Shown here: positions 1 through 13,048 of the stretch, piece by piece
Numbering within the stretch: the first letter of the stretch is position 1
Layout of the letters: every line of letters begins with the position of its first letter
Source: Chrysomallon squamiferum
Taxonomy: Eukaryota > Animalia > Mollusca
NCBI GenBank assembly: GCA_012295275.1
Contig: CM022677.1
Coordinates: 16,740,001-16,804,000 of the forward strand
Reading direction: 5' to 3'
DNA: 64,000 bases
Notes under the pieces: generated by a model
Seen by the model: the letters and a program-made list of their open reading frames with translations, nothing else
What the model was told of the DNA's origin: nothing
Database searches by the model: none
Program-made: the position numbers and the translations under genes

Positions 1-243
1 TGTTTTGTCCAAAAAATGTTTATCAAGCACTACAGTGAATGTATCAATGCCAGCATCCGAACAAAAAGTGCTTGATTTGTTGTTTATGGTACCTAATGAG
101 AACAGTCACCTTCATATTCACCCGCCAGTGGCTGCGGAAATTATTTTGTTTTTTGTTTTCATGTTTTCAATTGTTTATTGTTGTTTATTTGTTTCTTTTT
201 TTTCTTTTTTTTTTTTTTTTTTTTTTCTAGCGAGATCGTAATG

Positions 244-285
<42 letters not shown>

Positions 286-499
286 TATATATTTTAAATA
301 TAGTAAGAAACAGATTAGACGTCGTATCAGGTCAAAGTTTCAATGTTTCAAAAAAAAATAAAAAATTAAAAATGTTGACGTTTTCAGTAATTTCTGATCA
401 GTAATAGCGTCTATGTGTATACGAGGCATTAATTATTTTAACAATCCTTGTGAAATTGATTGCATTATGAAGGAATACGTTTTAAAGTTTGCAAACACT

Positions 500-1200
500 G
501 ACCAGCGTCGGATGCCGCCATGTTTCAAACTGCCAAATTCAACAATTTTAGTCCATTTTCTGTATTTTTTATGATTTATACTAATAAAGTTATGGATGCT
601 TTTTCATTTTACAAACCCATGGTGTAGAATACCTCGCCTAACTAAATGTTTACCTTAATCAAACTTTACCAACTGGATTATTTTTGTGCAATGCGTTCAT
701 AATAAACTTAAATTATAATGTTATATCTGGTGAATGTATTAAATTTTCTAGCTGGCTATGTTCCACGTGTCAGAACCAATCAGAAAAGAATATTCAGGCG
801 TAGTGTGTACACATTAAATTGGAGAAATCAACAGCTATTTTTTCAGTAAACGCATTTTGTGCCGTTACGAGTTATCGTTCCTTTTGATCCGTGCTACATA
901 CATAAATATAATTCGAAACATCTAGCTTTTGCTTACAGCGAAAACAGTTTTAAAATAATTCTTCTCATAATAACAAATGAAAATAAATACAAATAAAAAT
1001 AACAAATAAACAAATAAATAATTGTGTAAATATTACTTACCAGACATTGATGAAAGTATTCATGACAAAAAAATTATCGTCTGCTCTTCGTAACAACTTT
1101 AAAAACAGGAAGTTATAACGTAAAACCCGGAAAAATTCTCGTCTAAACTACGGACGTATATATGACTGAACAAGAGTGCAGCAAACTGTTAATGGGATAG
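500..1200. promoter_or_regulatory. CpG-enriched promoter-like region (could instead be a non-autonomous repeat)
   Basis: Locally CpG-rich. Contains a YY1-like GCCGCCATGTT (~514), E-box CACGTG (~764), CCAAT box AACCAATCAG (~775) and ETS-like GGAAGT/CCGGAA (~1108-1132). A minus-strand donor-like CTG|GTAAGT lies near 1040. No associated CDS was recognised. Confidence 0.25.
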
Positions 1201-1491
1201 GTTTCTCTTCATTATTTATTTATTTATTTATTTTATTATTTTTATTATTAGTAGTATTATTATTTAATTATTTATTTATTTATCTAACTTTTAGGGAAAA
1301 AAAATAAAGTTTAAATGTATTTATATAATTTATATTATAAAATAATCTGTATGATCAAATTTAAATTATTAGAAAAATAAAATTTATTCTGAGATAATAA
1401 TTATGACTTTATGTTTTATGCATGAGAAAACCCTCAGTTGACTGCTAAATAATTATAAATATATAATATGTATAAACACAGAAACATGCAC

Positions 1492-1554
<63 letters not shown>

Positions 1555-4016
1555 CACATACAAGAATATTAAAGATTTCACAACACTTTCCTAGCTGTTT
1601 TTGATTACTGTGAGAATTATGATAAAATGACTTACATCAAAGTTCACTTCTTTCACTGCTAAAACAATGAATAAAGTAAAATTAAAATGAGTTGAAACAA
1701 ATGTTTTGTTGGGATGTTTTGTTTGAAATAATAAAGCCTATATAATGAGTCTATTTTCATTAATTAATTAATTAATGAAGACTCATAATACTATTTAATA
1801 AAAAAAAAAAAATGTCTTCTTATACAGACTTTACAGGTATTCAGCAGGTATTGTTTGCATAATACTTCTAAACATTATTTAATGTTTGTGTGCATCAAAG
1901 TACTGGAAAGTAATAAGAGATTAGAGTTGAATTACTCATAATGCTTCACCTTTTGAAATGCTTTAGAAGTTGAACTTTAAAATAATGAAACCTCAGCCTT
2001 TATAGGATTACCTAATGATTCCAGCCTTATTGGTAATCTTTATTAAACTCTGTATCAAGCTACATTATTTATAAAGTGCAACAAACACTTTTATTTTTAT
2101 ATTGAGTTCAGTGAGCACTTTTTTATAATAATCACGTTATTACTTTCATATATTCATTTAATTAATATACTTAAGAAATGAACCCAGGCTAAATATGATT
2201 GAGTGTTATAGTACTTAACAAAGACAGTGAGAGTAAACTGTAGAATTTATGCAAGTCCAAAATGAGCACATTTCACACAACATGGGTTACTTTTCATTTT
2301 ACCTGTCCAGCAATGTATGCATTTATAATTACATTTAGAACAAGATGCAACATAATCCAGAGCTAAAGAAAAGATGCTCATTTAACATGTCAGTTAAACG
2401 CCTAGTGACCTGAATAACAGTTCTATTTATTGATAGATTTATTTATTTATTTATTATTATTATTATTATTATTTCCTTTATTTCTAACCAGATTAGATTA
2501 ATAAGGCAAATTAGATTAAATCACTAGTTAAATTGCATTAAAACAGTAATAAATAAAAACAAATTTAGTCTGTTATTTTGATGAACTGATTTTCTTTAGC
2601 TGATGATTAAATACAGCTCTGACCGTATAAAGGTTTTTTGTTTCTGAGTTGTTGTTTTTTTTTGTTTTGTTTTTTAATATATACATCAGTTATACTAGAC
2701 AACAGTGACTTAACAGTTTTCAAAAATATTTGTATAAGTATAAACTTTCTTCTGATAGAAAACCTAACTGTGTTAGAACCAAGCAGCAAAACCAGAAAAT
2801 AGTCAAATACCTTACAACTAAGCTCAAAAGCAGAAGCCAAAAAAAAAAAAAAAAACATAGACTGTATAATTAATTTGACTTTCTGTTCTGCTATATTGAA
2901 ATTAAAATATTTCTTTTAAAACTGTTATTATTTTATGATTTGAAGCTATATACATGTTATTATTTCTTGTAAGGCATAAAATGATCTGATTAAAAACAAT
3001 TAAGACTATGGAAAATGGTATAAATGGTATTTGAGATTATTTCACAAGTGTCTTTCTTACAGGAAATACAGGCTTAACATATCTAATCTGACCTGCTTCC
3101 ATTTTGGTTTATAAGGAGATAGACTGATTTCAGTTTAAATAAGCATTCCACTTATTTAACAAACATACACAGTGTCTAGAGATATATTTTATTTAATTTC
3201 TAATCATTTTGTAGATTAAATCCTCTCAAAATTATTACTTTCATGGCTGATCAACAAAATATTGTGATTTCATAAGTTATTTTAAGAGTCTTTAACTTGT
3301 ATTATAGCTGACCATGAGGGTAACTATATGCAGATACAACATGAAAAAAATGTATGAAATTTTTAAAATTAATTTATTTATTTATTTATTTATTTAAATA
3401 ATTTATATTATTCTTTTATTTAGTTCTTATTTTTTATGTTTCTGTTCAGGATTCCTATTTTTGCCCAGATCTCTTACTATGTTAACAAAACAAATATTGT
3501 TTTAAATCAGTCAGAATGTATTCAGATACTATTATTTGCTCAAGGGTTTTCAGAGATTTTGTGAAATTCCTAATGTCCTAGAAACATACTTTCACTGGTA
3601 CTCCAAGCTCTCATGGGTAATATTTCTCACAAAGTTTCACCATAACTGAAGAAAAGTGAGAATCCAAGAATATATGTATAAGAGTGTTTTTATTTTATTT
3701 TTTGTTCTTTATTGTTGTTTTTTTATTCTTTTTCCTTTCCTTCTTTTTTTTTTTTTTTTTTTTTTTTGTTGTTGTTGTTGGTGGTGGTGGTGGAGGTGGT
3801 GGTAGTGGTTGTACTTTTTTTTCTCTCTCTTTTGTTTTCTAATATATCTTTAATTTATCTTTTATAATTTGAATCAGTAGACCTATAGGCTATGGGCTGT
3901 ATCATTCATGTTTCTCAGATCTTTATAAGAAATAAATTACATGTAATAATTTTCTAGCTTATTTTTATTTTATAAGGAAACATATGCATATGTGTGTTTG
4001 TATGTGTATGTGTGTT

Positions 4017-4047
<31 letters not shown>

Positions 4048-5279
4048 TACTCATACATCGATACATAAATCCATATATGCACATATCTATATACATTTAT
4101 TTGTAAAATAACACCCAAACACACACACATGCACATACACACCCATATATGTATACATATGTAAATGTATATGTATGTGTCTATATGTATACGTGTTAAA
4201 AAGATTAAACTAGACTTAAAAGCTGTTCAAAAGTGTTCAGTGTTCATTACTATTAAAAATTCTTCATTGTAACCTATAAAAGGTTTTTATGATACCTTAA
4301 TTCAAGAATAATTGATTTTCAGTGAATGAATTAAAATAAATAATAATAGTATTCTATAAAAAATAAAAATAAACATTCACCATGCTATGGTAATATGTGA
4401 TTTATTAACATTTCTTTTTCATGTTTTATATCAAAGAATCTAAAAATCATAATTGTCAGATCTGTCTATTTGTTGCATAAAATATTCTGGAAGATATCAC
4501 CTGGCCAACCTGTTGTACGAATATATGAGAACACGTATTTTAAAACTGTATGAATATATGAATTTAGATTAAAAGAAATATCCATATTATGGATTTAAAA
4601 CTGTCATGAAATTCTAACTGACTATAATTTTGTAATGTATTTTTTTTTCTTTTCATTTTTTTTTTTATTTATTTTTCTGTTTTAGTCCAGTTCACATTAT
4701 ATTAGTTTAGATTAGGTTAAATTAGTTAAATTTATATAAATTTAGTATAGTTTAGTTAATTACTTCTTTATTTTCAGTTTCTGATTTCTTGTTACATGAT
4801 GTATGGGGAACATTGTTATGTTTTTCTTGATTTATTTCAAGATATCTGTTTGCCTTTGATTGTTAGTTCTTTTGTGTTTTTTTCACTTCATTTTTTTCCA
4901 TTCGTACTTTCTGACAGTTTATTTCCAGCCAGATCAATGAATAATACTAATATTTCATTCTGTCACAAAAGGACACAGGTTGTAAGACCTTAGCAACCAC
5001 ACATATGATTTAGATGCAGCATGCTCATCAAATACAGAGACAATAATTTTTGCGAAATAAAAAATATGGAAATGCATCACTCAGTTCATAATTAAATTAC
5101 AGAGGATTTTTTATAATTTTCAAAATTATTTGAAATTTCTATTAATTTCCACTTCAGCCTTTTATTTTTGTATGCAAGAATGTAGTTCAGTATTGCTGAA
5201 TCTCTTTCTCTGACATAGTAAGTTATAGGACACAGATATAAACAGTTTTAAATTTAAAATGAGAAGACAAGGAAAAGAA

Positions 5280-5906
5280 GATATTCTTGACTATGTGGGA
5301 CAGAGAGAACAGACATTAAATCTCACAAATAAACACATAATGTTAGATCCCAGACTTGAAAGTGTTCTATGATAATCTAACTGTCATTTGTTTAGAATCC
5401 ATATCAGTTATATCCGTACTGTTAAAATATTGCAACAGATATTCTTACAACTTAGAACATACCTTTGAAGAAGAACCAATATGTATCACCATATCCATAT
5501 TGGTTCTTCTTCAAAGGTATTGACTATGCAGTATATAGCAGGCAACTGCATTTTCAAACGAAACAGACTAATGTAACATTGTCGTTAATGGCAACGATAT
5601 CCATAGATAATAATCTTAGGAGTAACGACAGAGAAAAATGAAACAAGCTTAAAATGAAAAACTACAACAAAAAAACTGAGTGGAATCGTGTTTTCATCTT
5701 TGTTCACATACTAGGTCCGCAACTGTTTAATATAGATCAGATATCCTCGTGAGACAGAATGCAGGCTTCAGTAATGATACTGATAAGATGAGACAATAAT
5801 AATGAGGAGGAGTAGTTTTGAGTTCGTTGAGACAACTACGCATGTTTTTATTTTTGTCTGTTTGTTGTCGTTTTTTTGGGGGGGTTGGAGTGGTTGTGCA
5901 TTTATT

Positions 5907-5957
<51 letters not shown>

Positions 5958-6055
5958 CTGTTTCGTAATTATTATTTTTTTTTTTTTAAAAGAAAGAAAA
6001 GAAATTAACAAAAAGGAATACAAAATACAGTCTGTCTTTTTATTTTTCATATTTT

Positions 6056-6086
<31 letters not shown>

Positions 6087-6111
6087 TATTCTTTTTTGTT
6101 CTTCTTTCTTT

Positions 6112-6145
<34 letters not shown>

Positions 6146-6750
6146 TGGGTACAGGACAAGCTGCACGAGTTGTCTTTCCATTATTTCATCCAGAAACCTG
6201 TCCTCTTCAAAATTATTTCGAATTTTCGAAACTACTGCTATAACACGTTACTTGACACAAGAATAAATACTTAGAATTCAAACATTTACCTGAAACTATC
6301 AGCTTCTGATGTTTTAAAAAATGGCGTAGGAAGTGTATTCACTTCCACTTGTCTCAACGCCTCTATGCTTCTTTGTAGAGTGTATTCATGTATTTCTCTG
6401 TGTATGTTTGTCAGTCTTAGGTCTATTACAGTCCATGACAATGACAAACAGAATATGAATGTATCTGTACAAAACAATACGAGACTCTCATTTTTGAAAC
6501 ATGGAAACAGATCTGCCACCTGGTTAAATTGCATGGAGGGTGTGCAATAGCTTTTCCTCATCTTGGTAAAATATTACCTAAAAATAGTGTATAGTTTTTA
6601 GTATAATCTATATCGCAATGGTTTGCCTGATAACATAATAATTCGTTCAGCCTCTCCTAATGTTTTTGGCTCGAAATTGGTATCAACTTTCTGGATTGAT
6701 GATAAAGGCAGATATTCAGTGCCCCATGCTCCACAAAGTCAGAAGAATAC
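5280..6750 (+). pseudogene. Highly decayed prolyl 4-hydroxylase alpha pseudogene (copy 1)
   Basis: 5283-5370 resembles the LDY..GQIEQALSLTNEQLMLDP segment of the neighbouring copies. 6500-6750 gives GNRSATWLNCM..YNLYRNGLP..GSKLVSTFWI..PCSTKSEE across frameshifts. Microsatellites and unrelated sequence lie between the two segments. Confidence 0.75.
5459..5520. repeat. Perfect 25-bp inverted repeat with 12-nt spacer
   Basis: ATACCTTTGAAGAAGAACCAATATG (5459-5483) and its exact reverse complement (5496-5520). Confidence 0.9.
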
Positions 6751-7162
6751 GTGAAATAGCACACTTAACTTTGACTTCGTTTCTTCTCAGAGAATTAAGC
6801 AATCATTTGTTTTTAAAGTGAATCGATACATATATTTATATGTGTTTGTTTGTTTGTTGTCTTAATGTATTTATTTATTTTTATTTGTTTTCATTATCAT
6901 TATCATCATAATCATAATTTTACAGCATGGCGTCTGTTAATCTGAACAAAGAGTAAAGCGCTATTCCACTCAGATTTTTCCACTTACATTCAACGCAATA
7001 CACTGTCTTCAGAGCGAATTCAAGTAGTATGAACCCGTTTTGTTTTGTGTGTGTCAGACAGAAACCGAGAACCAGACAGATGGAAAAAGAATAATACAAA
7101 AACAACCAAGAAAAAAAAAAAAGCAAAACAGGCGCTCATACTAGAGGCAAACACACAGACAT

Positions 7163-7234
<72 letters not shown>

Positions 7235-7637
7235 CATAAGTGGTTCTATCTCTGAGTATGTCAAGCACTGAACGTATCTTTAAAAATGAACGATGGTTTC
7301 GTTTTATAAATTATATGAAGATTTCATTCACTTATTTTACATTCAGTTATTTTATTCCCCTTACATTCAGATCAGTATTTTACATTGAATTTCCACACCT
7401 TGAATAAAAGTTCTCATTCCGAATATTCAAAAGCATGAAAAAGGAATAAAAAGAGATAGATAAAAGGAAACCAAAAAAAAAAAAAAAAAATGATAATAGA
7501 ACTGATATAAAATTTTAATAAAACTCTTACATAAATACATTTTTTTCTTCTTTTCTGTCTTTCTTTTCCACTTTATACATAAACCAATGCCCTAGGTATT
7601 CATATCACTTGCAACATACATTCGATGCACAACAAAT

Positions 7638-9181
7638 ATGTATCAGCAGTACTTTGTTTTGTTTTTGATTTTAATACCTGTCAGTTCTCAACTGTTTAAG
7701 TCCGTATCGCATTTATACAGCTCAGTGAAAGCAGCAAGAGATTTGGCAATAGCACTAAGAAATTACACGCATACATATAAACACGAAAAGAAACTGGAGA
7801 AACTGAAAACAATTTCCTATCAGATGGAACGGCATTGTGTGGATACACTGAAAGACCCGATCCGATACATAACCAACCCGATTGGCGCGTATATATTTAT
7901 CAAATACTTCACTTTGGACTGGGATCGTGACGTAAAACCAATTCTTGAGGAAAACATTTTATCTGAAACAGATCGATGGAAATTAAAGAAAATTCGAAAG
8001 TATGTTCCAACTTACGAAGATTTAAAAGGTGTAGCTGCAGGTCTGTTCCGTGTTCAAGATACATACAAATTAAACGCTACAAGGTTGGCAGAGGGTTACC
8101 TAAATGAACTATATGTACATACGTTGTCTGCAGAAGACTGTTATGAATTAGGTCGCCTTGCGTACGAATTGAAAAAATACCGCTACGTGTATATTTGGAT
8201 GGAGATAAGTCTCGACAAACAAAGAACGGAAACAATTCAGAACGTGTCTCGGATAGAACTTCTTGACTATGCAATACACGGTAGAGAATTAGTAGGACAG
8301 ATAGAACAGGCATTGAGTCTCACAAATGAACAGTTAATGTTAGATCCCGGTCTAAATCGTGCTCTGAAAAGAAAAACATTCTATTTAGATATTCTAAGGA
8401 GAGAAAACAAAACAAAAGTGTGAACAGCCAGTCTGAAGAAGGGAGAAGTAAAGATGTACGTAGTAAGGCGCTCTGTCGTGGTGAAAACGTTACTGAAGTG
8501 CGACACAGAGACCGTTTACGATGTCGTTACCATAGCAACAAAAATCATCCACTCCTTGTTCTTCATCCAGCAAAAGAGGAGGTTCTTCACATGTCACCAA
8601 AAATCGTGCTGTATCACGATTTTATCAGTGATAAGGAAACTGAAGAAATTAAATCAGTTGCAGCGCCGCTTTTGAAAACGTCTAGAATAAACATTTCTGG
8701 TAAAGGTGTCGAATCAAAAATCAGAATCAGCAAAAACACGTTTCTTGATAAGTGTGTCACGGAAGCGGATTGGAGAATTCAAAACAGAATCGAAGCAATC
8801 ACAGGACTGTCTATGAACGAGTCTGAACAGATGCAGGTGGCGAACTATGGAATAGGTGGATTCTACGGCTTTCATTCGGACTACGTCGTCGAAAGTGACT
8901 GTAAGGTTTCGAACTCTGGAAACAGGATTGCCACGTGGATAAACTACATGAGCGACGTAGAAGGCGGTGCAACAGTGTTTCCTCAACTTGGTGTAAGAAT
9001 ATTGCCTAAGAAGGGTAGAGCAGTTTTTTGGTATAATTTATATCGAAATGGTTTGCCTTATATGATGGTTGGTCATGCAGCGTGTCCAGTTCTGATTGGC
9101 TCTAAGTGGGTGGCAACCTACTGGATTCGAGAAAAGGGGCAGCTATTCAGGCGGCCATGTTCGACAAATCCAGAAGAATAA
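7638..9181 (+). CDS. P4HA-like: Intronless prolyl 4-hydroxylase alpha (copy 2), broken by one frameshift at ~8420 (young pseudogene or assembly indel)
   Basis: ORF 7638-8423 has a signal peptide, the N-terminal domain (YITNPIGAYIFIKYFTLDW; PTYEDLKGVAAGLFRVQDTYKL) and the TPR-like substrate-binding domain. ORF 8420-9181, in the -1 frame, has the catalytic domain (QVANYGIGGFYGFHSD, GNRIATW, GGATVFP, HAACPVLIGSKW). Together they are collinear with the intact copy at 10744. Confidence 0.85.
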
Positions 9182-9898
9182 GGAAAATACGGCGTAAATT
9201 TAACTGTTAGCATATTTTTTGTTTATATGTCAGTTATGATATATATATTAGTTATTAATACACATATGTACATATATATATATATATATATATATGAAGA
9301 TCTTTTTGTCAATAGATAATTGTCTATATACAAGGAAGACAATTTTTAAAGAAAGAACAATAAAGAATTCACGTCCAACTCTAACAAACAAATAATAACA
9401 AAAACAACGACAAAAAAGATATTTAAAAATAACAATTCGACGTCACCTTTGTAAAAGTCTCGATAAGTATTTCTTTTTCTTTTTTTTGTATTACGATCGA
9501 TAATGTATGCTGAAATATTTCGCTGGAATAAAACACATTAGTCATTTTATGTATATGTTTTCAAAAATATACTGAGTCACATAAGAAACAGATGTGAAAT
9601 TACTTTTTGCAGTGGTATGAATGAATTGTTGTAGAGAAACCACTAATGACAACTCGTGTTTGCTGCACTGTAATTTATCATCGTTGATAGTAAAGTGATT
9701 TTAAATACGTGTCCGTAGTTTGACTGATATCCCTATATTTGTGGAATAACTTTCTGTGGATGATTAATGCAGACATTTCTTTTCTTTCTTTTTCTTTTTT
9801 TTTTTTCTTTTATGAATGAATTTTATGAACAGGTAACGCTACACTTTAGTTCTAACCCTAGTTAGCAGGTGTTCTACTCAATGCGTTTTTTATTGTTT

Positions 9899-9958
<60 letters not shown>

Positions 9959-10340
9959 TCTCCCTCCCTCCCTCCCTCGATGCAACAGCAGACATGAAAC
10001 GATCATATAAACTGTATAACTTCAGCGTCCTTGTCAGACTGGTAATTTAAATTAACCTACTTTTTGTTCTGAGGATCTTTCCTGGGGCAGGGAGACGTGT
10101 GGCAAAGAATACAACGCAGAACATTTCACTCTATCAGAAAGGACTCTGCATGGCGACTATGTCATATTCTTATCAAAACAACATTACTATTTGTTATGTT
10201 ATATATTTTAGTTTACTTGCTAATTAACCTAAATACTGGACAAGATATGCGACTTGTCGAGTTCTTATCACCTGTAAATAGAAATTATTTCACTGATTTT
10301 TGAGAGAAGGCACATATGTAGACATTCAACGGAATAAATG

Positions 10341-10389
<49 letters not shown>

Positions 10390-10743
10390 GTGTGTGTGTG
10401 TGGTGCACTTATTTATTTATTAATTTTTTTTTGTTTTCACCCGGTAATTACAAAACATTTTAAGATACCTGGAAATTTACATGTGGAAATTTACATGCGG
10501 AAATATATATCGTATTTAATTTAGTTTGCCTTTAACACAAATACGTAGTAAATCGTCTACTGGGGCGTGATACAATGAAAGGCTGTTTGTAATAAATGGC
10601 TATTTTAAACATTCGATAAAAACCTTCAGCTGTCACACTCGCGAATATCAGATATCGGACGAAACGTTTAAAGTATGAAAATAGGCGAGTTCTGTACAAA
10701 TCGTTGCATCGCGCGGAAATGTTTCACTAACTAATAGAAAAAT

Positions 10744-12294
10744 ATGTTCCAACAATTTGTTGTCCTGGTACTTGCGATTCCGTCCTCCAGTCCTGAACTG
10801 TTTTCGTCTACGTCTCATATGTACAGCGCAGTGCACGCCGAACGAGAACTGGCGCAAGTTCTAAGAAACTGCACGGTTCTGCACGAGAAAGAAAGGACAA
10901 TAGCAAAACTGAAAGTCATTTCAAACAACATGGAAACACACAGTCTTAACACGATAAACGATCCAGCGCGCTACGTCGCAAATCCCCTTGCGGCATTTTT
11001 ATTCGCTAAGCGTTTTACTTTAGACTGGGACCACGAGATCGCCCCTCTACTTAACGAAAAAGTCCTGTCTGAAACTGATCTACGCAGAATAAAGGAACTT
11101 CGTGAATATCTTCCAAGTGACGAAGACTTAGAAGGAGTAGCTGCGGCTCTGTTTCGTATTCACGACACGTACAAATTAAACGCGACGAGATTGGCAGAGG
11201 GCTTCATACATGAGCGATATATACATCGTTTATCTGCTGAAGACTGTTATGTACTAGGTCGGTTAGCCTACAGTATGGAAAAATACAAACACGTGTATAT
11301 CTGGATGGAGGTAAGCCTTCAGAAGCAAAGATCAGAAATTATCCGAGACGTTACTCGATTAGAACTTCTTGACTACGCAATTCACGGTAGAGAAATGGAA
11401 GAAGACTATGAGAAAGCCTTGCTGCTTACGAATGAGCAGCTAACTCTGGATCCCAATCTGAGAAGAGCCGTAAACAGAAAAGAAAATTACGTAAAAATTC
11501 TAAGACATCAGGATGAGAATAAAAATTCCAATTACAAATACAGTGAAACAGACGCCGAAAAAAACATCGTTTATCCCGCTCTCTGTCGTGGTGAGGGGAT
11601 CAAAGATCAGTATAAATATCGTTTGAGTTGTCGATATTACGACAACAATCGTCATCCCATGCTGGTGCTGGAGCCGGTTAAACAAGAGATTCTTCGTACG
11701 TCACCTGAAATTGTTTTGTACCACGATGTTATTTCTGACTCAGAAATTGATGACATGAAGACACTGTCTGCGTCGCAGTTAACTAGATCATTAGTCTTTA
11801 ATTCTGGGGAAATGACCACTTCGTACGTCAGAATCAGCAAAAGCATGTACGTTGCACACACTCAGTTAACTTCAGGTTTTAGAATCATGAACAGACTTGA
11901 ATCCATCACGGGTTTGTCACTGCAGTCCTCAGAAGAGTTTCAGATCGCAAACTATGGAATAGGTGGATACTATGTGCCACACCGTGACACCGTTACAAAT
12001 AAAGACAATATTGACTTCTCTCTCGAGGGAAATCGTATAGCTACGTGGTTAAACTACCTGAATGACGTAGAAGAAGGAGGTGCAACAGTTTTTCCGTCTC
12101 TCGGCATAAGAATACTACCTGAAAAGGGTACAGGAGTTTTTTGGTACAATTTATATCGAAATGGGGAGCCTAATCACAAGTTATTGCATGCAGCATGTCC
12201 AGTTCTTATTGGCTCTAAATGGGTATCAACTTACTGGATTCGAGAAAAAGAACAGATGTTTAGACGACCATGCTCCACAGATCCAACCCAGTAA
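10744..12294 (+). CDS. P4HA-like: Intact single-exon prolyl 4-hydroxylase alpha subunit, 516 aa (copy 3)
   Basis: Uninterrupted ORF with a signal peptide, the N-domain NPLAAFLFAKRF..DW, LSAEDCY.LG, and the Fe/2-oxoglutarate motifs H-R-D, HAACPV and GSKW. It ends FRRPC. Confidence 0.95.
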   Translation: MFQQFVVLVLAIPSSSPELFSSTSHMYSAVHAERELAQVLRNCTVLHEKERTIAKLKVISNNMETHSLNTINDPARYVANPLAAFLFAKRFTLDWDHEIAPLLNEKVLSETDLRRIKELREYLPSDEDLEGVAAALFRIHDTYKLNATRLAEGFIHERYIHRLSAEDCYVLGRLAYSMEKYKHVYIWMEVSLQKQRSEIIRDVTRLELLDYAIHGREMEEDYEKALLLTNEQLTLDPNLRRAVNRKENYVKILRHQDENKNSNYKYSETDAEKNIVYPALCRGEGIKDQYKYRLSCRYYDNNRHPMLVLEPVKQEILRTSPEIVLYHDVISDSEIDDMKTLSASQLTRSLVFNSGEMTTSYVRISKSMYVAHTQLTSGFRIMNRLESITGLSLQSSEEFQIANYGIGGYYVPHRDTVTNKDNIDFSLEGNRIATWLNYLNDVEEGGATVFPSLGIRILPEKGTGVFWYNLYRNGEPNHKLLHAACPVLIGSKWVSTYWIREKEQMFRRPCSTDPTQ

Positions 12295-12747
12295 GTGGAA
12301 TGTTGTATGTCTGTCTAATCCATTGACTGACTGATTGATTCTTTGGTTCACTGATTCACTGATGATAAGTAAAATAAATAAAAATCTAAAGAAAACGCAA
12401 TTTTCTCCAAAAGAAAAACAATTAACGAATATTATTATAGAACAATCAATATACAGAATATATCTAAACAAATATCTATCTTTGGAAATAACTGTTTAAG
12501 TTAATTTGTAATAAAGACTACAGAAAAATGTAAATGTTCTCATACTTGTCGTGAAAGCACTGACTAAAAACAATGACTTCTGGATGTAAAAACCGCAAAA
12601 TCTGAATTTCCTTTTCTCTTATTATAAATGCAGTTCATGACATAAATATCTTAAGATGTTGTAAGTTATACATATACACAAACATACACACACCCACATA
12701 TATAGATACAAACATACGTACACATACACACACACACACACACACAT

Positions 12748-12940
12748 AGACAAAGATGCTGCTTATAAATGTATTTATATACCTTTATGTGCATACACAC
12801 ACACACACACACATATATAGACAAAGATGCTGCTTATAAATGTATTTATATACCTTTATGTGCATACACACACACACACACACACATATATATAGACAAA
12901 GATGCTGCTTATAAATGTATTTATATACCTTTATGTGCAT

Positions 12941-12979
<39 letters not shown>

Positions 12980-13048
12980 CAAAGATGCTGCTTATAAATG
13001 TATTTATATACCTTTATGTGCATACACACACACACACACACACACACA
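12748..13048. repeat. Minisatellite: 4 copies of a ~70-80 bp unit (AGACAAAGATGCTGCTTATAAATGTATTTATATACCTTTATGTGCAT + (AC)n)
   Basis: An identical ~47-bp core recurs four times, separated by variable-length AC/AT tracts. Confidence 0.9.

Noticed and set aside
1-140. Possible minus-strand exon at the window edge
   Set aside because: An acceptor-like site is present, but the frames I checked hit stops within ~100 nt and no homology was recognised.
3050-4810. Scattered + strand acceptor/donor-like pairs
   Set aside because: They could not be joined into an open, recognisable reading frame and are expected by chance in T-rich DNA.
8400-8425. Programmed -1 ribosomal frameshift in P4HA copy 2
   Set aside because: There is no canonical X XXY YYZ slippery heptamer, and the paralogues are continuous through this region.
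10744-12294. Horizontal or viral origin of the intronless P4H genes
   Set aside because: The proteins have the full animal alpha-subunit architecture (N-domain, TPR-like domain, catalytic domain). Bacterial, viral and algal P4Hs lack this architecture, so retroposition is the simpler explanation.
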